From: an uncultured Actinomycetes bacterium
GTDB taxonomy: Bacteria; Actinomycetota; Thermoleophilia; RBG-16-64-13
Assembly: GCA_947085635.1 (NCBI GenBank)
Contig: CAMTXC010000006.1
Location: 11,564 to 75,563 of the forward strand
DNA: 64,000 nt
Direction of reading: 5' to 3'
Positions within the stretch are counted from its first letter, which is position 1, and the number at the start of each line of letters is the position of its first letter. A program made the translations under genes and the position numbers. This document shows, piece after piece, positions 28,000-36,010 of this stretch. Below the pieces are notes generated by a model that did not search any database, had not been told where the DNA came from, and saw only the letters and a list, made by a program, of their open reading frames with translations.

Positions 28000-30891
28000 C
28001 TACTGTGAGCCGGTGCCGCCCTCGAGGGCGCTGAGCACGCGGCCCAGCTCCTCGATCATCCTGCCATACTCGGCCCAGTCTCCGCCGCGTTGCGCGGCGA
28101 GGGCGGCCTCGTAATACTGCTGCGCGAGCGCCGCGAGCTGAGCCGGGTCGGTGGGCAAGGCCGCCCCCGGGTCGGGCGCTGTGCCGGGAAGGGTCGTGGT
28201 CGTCGTACCGGTCGCCGGAGGCGTGGTGATGGTCGTCGTTCCGCCGGGTACCGTGGTCGTGGTGCCCGCTGTGGTGGTCGTGGCGCCGGTGCCCCCGAAG
28301 AGCTCGGCGAGGCCGTCGGCCAGAGTCTCGCTCATCACCGTGCGGTTCTCGTAGCTCACAATCACCCGGGTGAGTTCGGGGATGGGGTTAGTGCCGGAGG
28401 CCTGCAGGTACAGCGGTTCCACGTAGAGCAGTGAGTCCTCTACCGGCACGACGAGCAGGTTGCCCCTGATCACCTGGCTGCCCGCTTGATCCCACAGGGT
28501 GAGTTGCTCCGAGATGCGCGGGTCGTTCGAGATGCGCTTCTCGATCTGGGCCGGTCCGAAGAAGATCCTGTCCTTCGGGAACTCGAACACCACGAGCTCT
28601 CCGTATGCATCGCCGTCCATGCGGGCCGCCACCCAGGAGATCATGTTCTCCTTGCCTGCCGGCGTGAACGGTTGGAGAAGGAGGAACTCCTCCTTCTGCT
28701 CGCCGGGGAGCGCCATGATCACGTAGTACGGCACCATGGTGATCTGCTCGCCGGCGTAAAGCTCGGTGGGTACCACCCGCACGTCTTCCTTGTTGTAGAA
28801 CACCTGCGGGTCCTGCATGTGGTAGACGCCCAGCACCGCGGTCTGGATGGTGAAGAGGTCCTCCGGATAGCGCAGGTGCCTTCGCAGATCGTCGGGCATC
28901 TGGTCGCCGGGGGTGAAGAGGCCGGGGTAGACCCGACCGAGCGTCTTGGCGATCGCGTCGTCGGGGTCTATTTGGTAGAAGGTCACCGTGCCGTCGTAGG
29001 CGTCCACGACCACCTTCACGGAGTTCCGCAGGTAGTTCAGCGCGCCGTGGGGCTGGGAGTAGGGGAAGCGGTCGGTCGACGTATATGCATCCCAGATCCA
29101 TACCAGAGTGCCATCGTCTCTGATCACAAGGTAGGGGTCGCGGTCGTACCCGAGGAACGGCGCGATCGCGCGCACACGCTCGGCGATGGTGCGCTTGAAC
29201 ATGATCCTTGAGTCCGGGGTGAACTGCCCGCTGAGCAGGAATTTCGGCGTGCCCATGCGGATGCTGAAAGCCGCACGACGCCAGAATGTGCCCACGCCGA
29301 CGCCGCCCTTGCCGTCGTACACCGTGAACACGTTCTCGTTGCCGCGCCCGTAGTCGAATTCCTTGGCCGTCGTCCCTACGAGTACGTACTCGTTGCCGGC
29401 CTCGCCGTAGTAGATGCCCGGTCGGGTGATAGTGAGGTCCGGGTAGCGGCTTTGGGGCGGTATGTCCTGCACGAAGAAGTCGGGCAGTCCCTCGGGCGTC
29501 GCTCCGTTCACGCGGCTCACCACCGCGCCGTAACCGTGGGTGTAGGTGAGATGCTCGTTCACCCATGTGCGCGCTCGAGCGTCAAGCTTCCCCACCTCGA
29601 ACTCGCGGGCCGCGAGCGTGACCTGCCGATAGACGCCGTCCACCTCGTATCTGTCGATGTCGACATCGCGAAAGCCGTAGTAGGGGCGCAGCTCCTGGAG
29701 CTGCTTGTAGGCGTCGAGGAGCGGCCGCGGATCCCAGAGGCGGATGTTGTCGATGGTGTTGGAGTTGCGCTCGATGTCTTCCATCGTCAACTGTTGTTGG
29801 GCCGGGAAGGGCAGGGTCTCTACGCCTTCCAAGTCGAACGCCCATCGCGTCGCCTTGATGTTCTCCTCGATGTACGGGGTCTCGGCTTCGAGCTCGTTCG
29901 GAGAGACGCGCCACTGTTGGATCACCGAAGGGAGGATCTGTCCCGCGAGCAACCACACGACCGCCAGGAGGCCGACTGCCACGATGGGGAGTCTCCAGCC
30001 TCGGTAGTGGATGTTCACGAGGAGGATCGCGGCGGCGATCAATGAGACGATCGTCAGTATCCTCAGAACGGGCAACTCTGCGATCACATCGGTATAGGTG
30101 GCCCCGAACACCACGCCGCGAGGCGAGAGCACCAGTCCCCAGGCGGATAGGGCATAGTCGGCAGCCTTGAGTAGCAGGGCGATCGCCGCAAGCGAAGACA
30201 GGTGGCCCTTGACGTGCGGCGCGAGGCTGAATCCTCTCTTCTCGTCGGCCACGACGGCCCGATCGAACACGTAGACGCCTATGGTCCCGGCCAGCGTCAA
30301 GAAGAGAGCGAAACTCAGGAAGGCCAGCGTGCGCTCCAGTAGGGGCAACGTGAACACGAAGAACGAGGCGTCCTTGCCGAACACGGGATCGGTGAAGTCG
30401 AAAGGCGTCCGGTTGAGGAACATGAGGGTCTCTTGCCACAGGCCACCCGCTCCCACGGCGAAGAAGAAGCCGAGCGCGAGGGAGGCCGCAAGGATCACCT
30501 TCGTCACGGAGCGGTCCCGCGTGGGGATGAGCTCGAGCACGTCGTCGCGTCCCTGCACGCCGGCAAGGCGGATACGCGGAGATAGGCGGCGGGCCAAGTA
30601 GAGGTTCGAGAAGAAGATCGCCACGAACGTCACCCACCCTACGGCTCCCAGCGCGAGACGAGCCCAGATGCGGGTGAGGAACACACCCTCGAACGCGACC
30701 TCGCGGTACCAGAGCAGCTCAGTGTAGATGGTCACCGCGAGGATCACGAGTAGCAGGAAGGCCGGCACGGCGAAGGCCAGCACCTTAGGCAGCCGACCTT
30801 TCAATCCGCGGCGGCCTGTCTTCTTGGCGTCTCCCTGTGCTCCGCTCCCCCCCGAGCCCTGGCCCCTTTCGGTGAACCAGCGTATCGCCAT
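28000..30891 (-). CDS. UPF0182 family large membrane protein
   Basis: About 960 aa. Seven N-terminal TM helices and a large extracytoplasmic domain. YTELLWYREV-type N-terminus recalls UPF0182. Confidence 0.8.
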   Translation of the reverse strand: MAIRWFTERGQGSGGSGAQGDAKKTGRRGLKGRLPKVLAFAVPAFLLLVILAVTIYTELLWYREVAFEGVFLTRIWARLALGAVGWVTFVAIFFSNLYLARRLSPRIRLAGVQGRDDVLELIPTRDRSVTKVILAASLALGFFFAVGAGGLWQETLMFLNRTPFDFTDPVFGKDASFFVFTLPLLERTLAFLSFALFLTLAGTIGVYVFDRAVVADEKRGFSLAPHVKGHLSSLAAIALLLKAADYALSAWGLVLSPRGVVFGATYTDVIAELPVLRILTIVSLIAAAILLVNIHYRGWRLPIVAVGLLAVVWLLAGQILPSVIQQWRVSPNELEAETPYIEENIKATRWAFDLEGVETLPFPAQQQLTMEDIERNSNTIDNIRLWDPRPLLDAYKQLQELRPYYGFRDVDIDRYEVDGVYRQVTLAAREFEVGKLDARARTWVNEHLTYTHGYGAVVSRVNGATPEGLPDFFVQDIPPQSRYPDLTITRPGIYYGEAGNEYVLVGTTAKEFDYGRGNENVFTVYDGKGGVGVGTFWRRAAFSIRMGTPKFLLSGQFTPDSRIMFKRTIAERVRAIAPFLGYDRDPYLVIRDDGTLVWIWDAYTSTDRFPYSQPHGALNYLRNSVKVVVDAYDGTVTFYQIDPDDAIAKTLGRVYPGLFTPGDQMPDDLRRHLRYPEDLFTIQTAVLGVYHMQDPQVFYNKEDVRVVPTELYAGEQITMVPYYVIMALPGEQKEEFLLLQPFTPAGKENMISWVAARMDGDAYGELVVFEFPKDRIFFGPAQIEKRISNDPRISEQLTLWDQAGSQVIRGNLLVVPVEDSLLYVEPLYLQASGTNPIPELTRVIVSYENRTVMSETLADGLAELFGGTGATTTTAGTTTTVPGGTTTITTPPATGTTTTTLPGTAPDPGAALPTDPAQLAALAQQYYEAALAAQRGGDWAEYGRMIEELGRVLSALEGGTGSQ

Positions 30892-30990
30892 GGTCAGCGC
30901 CTCGAAGCCGTTCCTGGGGAGTTTGGGCCCGTTCGACGGCCCTTCGTCGAATCCACCTGTTGGGCCTATGATGGCCTCCTTGAATCGTAC

Positions 30991-31014
30991 GGGTGTCCCG
31001 CGCGCGGGACACCC
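30991..31014. repeat. Perfect 24-bp palindrome gggtgtcccgcgcgcgggacaccc
   Basis: Self-complementary over all 24 nt. Lies about 100 nt upstream of the UPF0182 start. Confidence 0.9.
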
Positions 31015-31221
31015 GGCGCGGGCTGCTATCCGCCGCCCATTCTATCTTATTCGAGGTCGCATCGTGGTAGGTCGCTTTTCGAGACCGAGGTCGCGGACCT
31101 CGCGCTTTCGCAGCGCCCTTCGCCACGAGCGAGGGCGGCCCCGGGGGGCCGCCCTCCAAGATTCTCTACGTGCGCGCTCTACGCGCGTGGCCGAGCCGTC
31201 CGCGCGTGGGGATGGGCCGTC

Positions 31222-31356
31222 TCAGACCGCGTAGGCCCACATCGCGAGCACGAGCAGCACGACCGCGACCACGGTGACGCTTAACATCACGAAACCGAAG
31301 GACCTCGGCACGGCAGTCTCGACCGCAACAACGGGAATGTGCCTTTGCGCTTTCAT
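31222..31356 (-). CDS. Candidate 44-aa hydrophobic small protein (MKAQRHIPVVAVETAVPRSFGFVMLSVTVVAVVLLVLAMWAYAV)
   Basis: Below the ORF-track size cutoff. The ATG lies 4 nt after an AGGGGGGG Shine-Dalgarno site. One predicted TM helix. A 10-bp hairpin (31131-31156) lies downstream. Confidence 0.3.
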   Translation of the reverse strand: MKAQRHIPVVAVETAVPRSFGFVMLSVTVVAVVLLVLAMWAYAV

Positions 31357-31574
31357 AGTCCCCCCTATCGGTACCCGCACTGACTTCCGGGCCCCTCGCC
31401 ACGTGATGGCGTACTCCGGATGCCGTGTCTATCGGTCGAGAGCGAGCCGACCTTGAGTGCGATCCACGCAGCGCTCTTGTCGCGATGCCCGCTGGTATAC
31501 TTCTGTGGACGATCGGTGTCGCCTGCCCCCACGCGTCGCCAGCGTGGGTCGCCACCCGAGGAGGAAGCCGACCC

Positions 31575-32264
31575 GTGACCACCCAGGCCATCGAGGAGTA
31601 CCTCGAGTCCATCTACAAGCTCAATCTCCGCGGAGGCAGGGTGATCGCCGCGAGACTGGCCGAAGACCTCGGTGTGTCGGCTCCCACAGTCACCGAGATG
31701 TTGCGCCGCCTGCGCAAAGCCGAACTCGTGATCACCGTTGCGGATAAAGAGATCGTGCTCACCGACTCAGGGCGAGCGGCGGCTGAGGTGCTCATCAGGC
31801 GTCACCGTCTCTCCGAACGGCTGCTCACCGACATCCTGGGCATGCCGTGGTCTCAAGCGCATGAGGAAGCGTGCAAGTTCGAGCACGTGATCTCACCCGC
31901 GGTCGAGGCGCGGCTGGCGAAGGTGCTCGACTACCCTTCGACGTGTCCTCACGGAAACCCCATCCCCGGCATGGGCACCGAAGGAGACGACCTCGTGCGT
32001 CTCAGCGACACCCCCGTGGGCTCTCGGGCCGTGCTCAGGTGTGTCGAGGCCGAAGACGAGGAGCTCCTCACGTATGTGGAGGGGCTGGGGTTGGTGCCGG
32101 GGGCCGAGATCGACGTGCTGGGCTATGCTCCGCTCGAGGGCCCGGTGGAGACCCTGGTGGGGGGAGTCCGCGTCTCGGTGGGGTTGGCGGCCGCGGAGCG
32201 TCTTCTCGTGAGGGTCGCCGACTCCGAGGAGAGGAGCCGGGGGGACGGGCGCACCAAGAGATAG
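31575..32264 (+). CDS. DtxR/IdeR/MntR-family metal-dependent repressor with C-terminal FeoA/SH3-like domain
   Basis: EEYLESIYKL, HTH region, metal-site residues (HEEACKFEH). GTG 31575 follows GAGGAGGAAG. Confidence 0.85.
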   Translation: MTTQAIEEYLESIYKLNLRGGRVIAARLAEDLGVSAPTVTEMLRRLRKAELVITVADKEIVLTDSGRAAAEVLIRRHRLSERLLTDILGMPWSQAHEEACKFEHVISPAVEARLAKVLDYPSTCPHGNPIPGMGTEGDDLVRLSDTPVGSRAVLRCVEAEDEELLTYVEGLGLVPGAEIDVLGYAPLEGPVETLVGGVRVSVGLAAAERLLVRVADSEERSRGDGRTKR

Positions 32265-32303
32265 ACTCGCGGTGCGCGGGCGCTCGTCAAGCGGGCTCGC
32301 TCG

Positions 32304-32615
32304 TCAAGCGGGTTCTATTTCGTGCCGCGCTACCGGCCCCGTCTTCACGAACCGTTGGAGTACGTCGATCAGCTCGGCGACTGCCGCGTCCGCGTTCTCG
32401 CCCTCCGTGATGGCGTCCCTCACGCACCCTTGGACGTGATCCTCCAGCACGATCAGCCCGACCCCCTGCAGCGCGGCCATGACGGAGGAGACCTGAGTGA
32501 GTACATCGACGCAGTACTTCTCTTCGTCGATCATCCTCTGGAGCCCGCGCACCTGGCCTTCGATCCGCCGCAGGCGTGCCAGCAGCTTAGGCTTGTCGTC
32601 AATGTAGGATGCCAT
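32304..32615 (-). CDS. csoR: CsoR-family metal-sensing transcriptional repressor
   Basis: RLRRIEGQVRGLQRMIDE..YCVDVLTQ...H..GC signature. ATG at 32615. Confidence 0.85.
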   Translation of the reverse strand: MASYIDDKPKLLARLRRIEGQVRGLQRMIDEEKYCVDVLTQVSSVMAALQGVGLIVLEDHVQGCVRDAITEGENADAAVAELIDVLQRFVKTGPVARHEIEPA

Positions 32616-32688
32616 GTTCCGCTCGCCTCCCGCACATGTATCGAGCCGGCCGGAGCAAGCCCGATCCGGTCCCGGTCGCCGCCGCCGC

Positions 32689-32717
32689 ATAGGGATAGGG
32701 GGTATCGGGTACTATAC
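32689..32717. promoter_or_regulatory. Candidate CsoR operator (ATA-GGGGG-TAT core) in the divergent csoR/copZ promoter region
   Basis: A G5 tract flanked by inverted ATA/TAT (32695-32705) resembles known CsoR operator architecture. Confidence 0.4.
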
Positions 32718-32790
32718 AGCATCCAGTTCCGCGAAGTAAGCGCGGCACCGGTAGTTGTCGATTCCCGACGTTGCGAAGCGAGGTTCACCC

Positions 32791-33000
32791 ATGATCGCGA
32801 AGACCTACTCCGTCCCCGACGTCAGCTGCGAGCACTGCAAACGCGCCATCGAGGGAGCGCTCGGCCCGATGAAGGGCGTCTCACGAGTGCTCGTGGACAT
32901 CGATCGGAAGTCGGTGGACGTCGACTTCGACGAGTCCGTCACGCCGGAGGCTGAGGTGCTCGCGCGACTCGATGAGGAGGGCTACCCCGTCGCCGGTTGA
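32791..33000 (+). CDS. copZ: Heavy-metal-associated (HMA) copper chaperone CopZ-like
   Basis: 69 aa with CEHC metal-binding motif in a ferredoxin-like HMA layout. Divergent from csoR. Confidence 0.8.
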   Translation: MIAKTYSVPDVSCEHCKRAIEGALGPMKGVSRVLVDIDRKSVDVDFDESVTPEAEVLARLDEEGYPVAG

Positions 33001-33061
33001 GTCCGCGGCCCCGTGACGGCGGCCCCGTGACGGCTCGTTGCCGGCTGAGGTCCGCGGAGGG

Positions 33062-33859
33062 CTACCCGGATGCGGCGGTCTCTCCGCGGTAGGCTCGCAC
33101 GAAACACCACAGCACGAGGACGACGGTGGATCCCACCGCGAACGCCGTGATGAGTTCGATGTCCTGGGGGTTGGGTACGCGTGGGTGGTTACCGAACCCG
33201 TAGTCGGCGAGGTCGTTGATGCCGTACCACACGGCCACGAGCAGCGCGTGGTGGAGCCGTGGGCGAAGGAGGGGCACCAACAGGAGCCCTTCGAGCACCA
33301 TGCCGAAGTGGTTCGCGCTGAGGACGACGGCTTCGATCGAGTAGCGTCCACCCGAGAGCGCGTTGGTGAACCACACCCAATCGGTCCACAGCCCGTACTT
33401 GACGCACCCGGTGACGGCCAACAACCCGAGGAACTCCCAGCGTTTGCCGTAGTGGAAGGCGAGTAGGGCGAACGCCCAGAGGGTGGCGGAGAGCGGGCTG
33501 TCGGGCACGAACGGCCAAAGGTAGAGCGGTGCGGCCAAGATGTCCGAGCCATACCAGTAGATGTAGCCTGAGACCGCACTGAGCAGGTTGATCGCGACGA
33601 GCGTCCACACGATCCACGGTGTTCCCACCACTCGGTACGAGAGTCTCCGCCACAGGCTCGCGGCCCCCGCCCGGGGCGCGCCTGTCGGATCGGGCGACGG
33701 GCCGGCAGTGGGGGCGGGTTCCCGGGGGACGGATGGCGTCGGCTCGGTGGTCACGTCGGCAGTATACCGAACCGCATTCGCGAACCACGAGTCGCCCTGC
33801 TTCGGGACGCTGCGCCCGGCGTCGGAAGCCGCGTTACGGTCACCGAGCGTTACGGTCAC
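33062..33859 (-). CDS. DUF1405 family membrane protein
   Basis: YIYWYG...PFVPDSP motifs. The Pro-rich N-terminal 76 aa may not be translated; the alternative start is GTG 33631. Confidence 0.7.
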   Translation of the reverse strand: MTVTLGDRNAASDAGRSVPKQGDSWFANAVRYTADVTTEPTPSVPREPAPTAGPSPDPTGAPRAGAASLWRRLSYRVVGTPWIVWTLVAINLLSAVSGYIYWYGSDILAAPLYLWPFVPDSPLSATLWAFALLAFHYGKRWEFLGLLAVTGCVKYGLWTDWVWFTNALSGGRYSIEAVVLSANHFGMVLEGLLLVPLLRPRLHHALLVAVWYGINDLADYGFGNHPRVPNPQDIELITAFAVGSTVVLVLWCFVRAYRGETAASG

Positions 33860-34101
33860 CGGAAACGCGGGTACAGAGAGTGCGTCCCATCAGGGAACAC
33901 CCTCTCGCACGCCGGGGAATCCTTGTCGGTGGTTGGTCCGCCTGCTAATATACCCCTCTGGGTATATGGCGGACCGGAAGCTCCATACGCGGGCGAGGTT
34001 CGAGAGTCGGGTACTGGGTCGCCTCTGGTCACCTTCGCATCGCGGTGTACAGCAGGGGAGGGGTCGGCCGGACGCAACGAGAGAAGGAGAGGTCGAGAGA
34101 C

Positions 34102-34428
34102 ATGGGTAGTGGTATCGTCGAGGATCTGAACGCCGAATCGTTCGACACCGTCGTACTGGCAGCGGACGGCTCGGTGATCGTGGATTTCTGGGCTCCGTGG
34201 TGCGGGCCGTGCAAGATGGTCGGGCCGGTGCTCGAGAAACTCGCCGCCGACCACGAAGGCAAGGCGAAAGTCGTCAAGGTGAATGTTGACGAGAACCAGG
34301 AGCTCGCCGCCAAGTTCGGCATAATGAGCATCCCGACCGTGATCCTGTTCGAGGGCGGGAAGGTCAAACAGCAACTCATCGGCGCGCGCAGTCAGAAGGA
34401 CTACGAGCGCGAGTTCGGCCTCGCCTGA
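34102..34428 (+). CDS. trxA: Thioredoxin
   Basis: WAPWCGPCK active site, 108 aa. ATG follows GAAGGAGAGG. Confidence 0.9.
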   Translation: MGSGIVEDLNAESFDTVVLAADGSVIVDFWAPWCGPCKMVGPVLEKLAADHEGKAKVVKVNVDENQELAAKFGIMSIPTVILFEGGKVKQQLIGARSQKDYEREFGLA

Positions 34429-34454
34429 GAGGTCCGAGGAGGTCAATAGATTAG

Positions 34455-34781
34455 ATGAATACCGTCAAGACGGGTGAGATGATCGTCGTGGGCTCGCGCA
34501 TGTTCGACGCGTGCCGCGGAGGTGGTTGAGCGCCTCCTCTGTCTCTGGAAGAGACGGTCGGCTACATCAATCGCTACCTGCAGCAAGACTACGGTGACCA
34601 CGTCAACGTGGGCTACATCGACGTCGATAGTCCAGCCATGAAGGAGTATCCTGCCTTAGCGGAGGCGGTGGAGCTCGGTCGCGGCGTCCCGCTCGTCCTG
34701 GTGGGCGACACGGTGAAATCTCCGGCGGCTCTGTCGTTCGCGTGGATCGTCAACGAGTTCAAGGCTCTGGGGGTACTGTAG
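34455..34781 (+). CDS. Candidate selenoprotein: 108-codon thioredoxin-fold-like ORF with in-frame TGA at 34527-34529 (..FDACRGGG-U-APPLSLEET..)
   Basis: Absent from the ORF track. One frame stays open from ATG 34455 to TAG 34781 except for a single TGA. High GC3 on both sides of the TGA. A hairpin starts 9 nt after it. Confidence 0.5.
34539..34557 (+). other. SECIS-like hairpin (CUGUCUC-UGGAA-GAGACGG)
   Basis: 7-bp stem including one G-U pair. Starts 9 nt downstream of UGA 34527-34529. Confidence 0.4.
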
Positions 34782-34783
34782 AC

Positions 34784-35002
34784 ATGGCTTCGTATGACCT
34801 CAAGTGCTCCGGGTGCGGGCGGCAGTTCGAAGTGTTCGTGCAGGGCTTCCTGAAAGACCAGCACCGTGCGTGCCCGGACTGCGGCAGCTCGGAAGTCGAG
34901 CAGCTGTTCACCGGGTTCATGATGGGTTCCATGGGGGCCCGCGACTCGGTCGCGTGCGCCTCGGCGCCGCCCTCCGGCTGTTCGCATGCCGGCTTCGGCT
35001 GA
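34784..35002 (+). CDS. FmdB-family zinc-ribbon protein
   Basis: MASYDLKCSGCG..FEV....CPDCGS pattern. Confidence 0.7.
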   Translation: MASYDLKCSGCGRQFEVFVQGFLKDQHRACPDCGSSEVEQLFTGFMMGSMGARDSVACASAPPSGCSHAGFG

Positions 35003-35124
35003 GCGCACTGAATGATGGGGGCCCGTGGGGCCCCCGACTGTTCTTACTCGGCCCACACCGGGCCATGGCGGACGTTGCGGAGGTGGCTGAGGTGAGTGGT
35101 GCGATCGGAGAAACGGCGGAGCGA

Positions 35125-35637
35125 ATGACCCGCAGGTGGGTCGCGTTCCTTGTCATCTCGTCCGTGGTGCTGGTGTTCGCTCTGTGCGCGGCCGCGCCGG
35201 CATCCGCCGCGAGTCTGACTCCGGATCAGGAGGCGCTCGCGTCTGACCTCGACGGCAGGCTCATCTCTCCTTGTTGTTGGACTCAGACGATCGCCGTGCA
35301 CGATAGCCAGATAGCCGAGGAGCTGAGGGCGCAGGTGCGCCTGCTCGTGGCTCAAGGCCTGACCGAGGACGACATTCTCGACGCGCTCGTCGCGCAGTAC
35401 GGCGAGGAGATCCTCGCGGCTCCCCGGGCGGCCGGGTTCAACCTGCTCGCCTACGCCCTCCCGGCTCTCATCATCATTCTGGGGGTCGTGGGCATCGCCC
35501 TGCTCGCCTTGAGGTGGCGTGACGGTGGCGCCGAGGTCGCGCCCGCGGCGGCCGCAGTGGGCGACCGGGGCGTATCCGCAGAGCGGGATCCCCTCCGCTC
35601 CCGCCTCGACGAGGAGCTTTCCCGCTTCGATTCCTGA
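35125..35637 (+). CDS. CcmH/NrfF-like cytochrome c maturation protein, variant with vicinal Cys pair
   Basis: Signal peptide, LISPCCWTQTIAVHDSQIAEELR in place of the LRCxxC motif, C-terminal TM helix. Alternative start at ATG 35065. Confidence 0.6.
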   Translation: MTRRWVAFLVISSVVLVFALCAAAPASAASLTPDQEALASDLDGRLISPCCWTQTIAVHDSQIAEELRAQVRLLVAQGLTEDDILDALVAQYGEEILAAPRAAGFNLLAYALPALIIILGVVGIALLALRWRDGGAEVAPAAAAVGDRGVSAERDPLRSRLDEELSRFDS

Positions 35638-36010
35638 GTCGTAGGCAGCCCGTCTCTCGTGCGGAGTACAGCCGTGTCGTCGATCTGAGACCGTTCGGCG
35701 ACCATGGCGACCGTTGGGCGGTCAAAGCGACCGTTCGCCTGGGGCCCACCCTACGCTCGTCGACCAGCCCTATCTCGTGAGGCCTGCGGGCCCTACAATC
35801 CTCCAAGGCTAGGCGCGGGGGGCGTTGCCGGCCAATCTCCATTATCTTCACGGTTGTGTACTCCCGCGCTTGCTTCGGTTCGGAGTCGGGCAAAGAGAGA
35901 GGTCGCGCCTTGGGAATCACCCGCTTAGAGTTCTTCAAATCACTGTACGGCAGTGCCGCGGGGTGGTCTGTGGTCGCCTTCGTACGGGCCATGTTCAGGG
36001 GGGGAGCGTC

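Noticed and set aside
31357-31574. Looked for an IdeR/DtxR iron box (TTAGGTTAGGCTAACCTAA-like) near the DtxR-family gene
   Set aside because: No AT-rich palindrome of that type is present in the intergenic region.
31166-31612. 148-aa minus-strand ORF in the UPF0182/DtxR intergenic area
   Set aside because: It is Arg-rich and has no Shine-Dalgarno site. It overlaps, in another frame, the better-supported 44-codon ORF and the DtxR leader.
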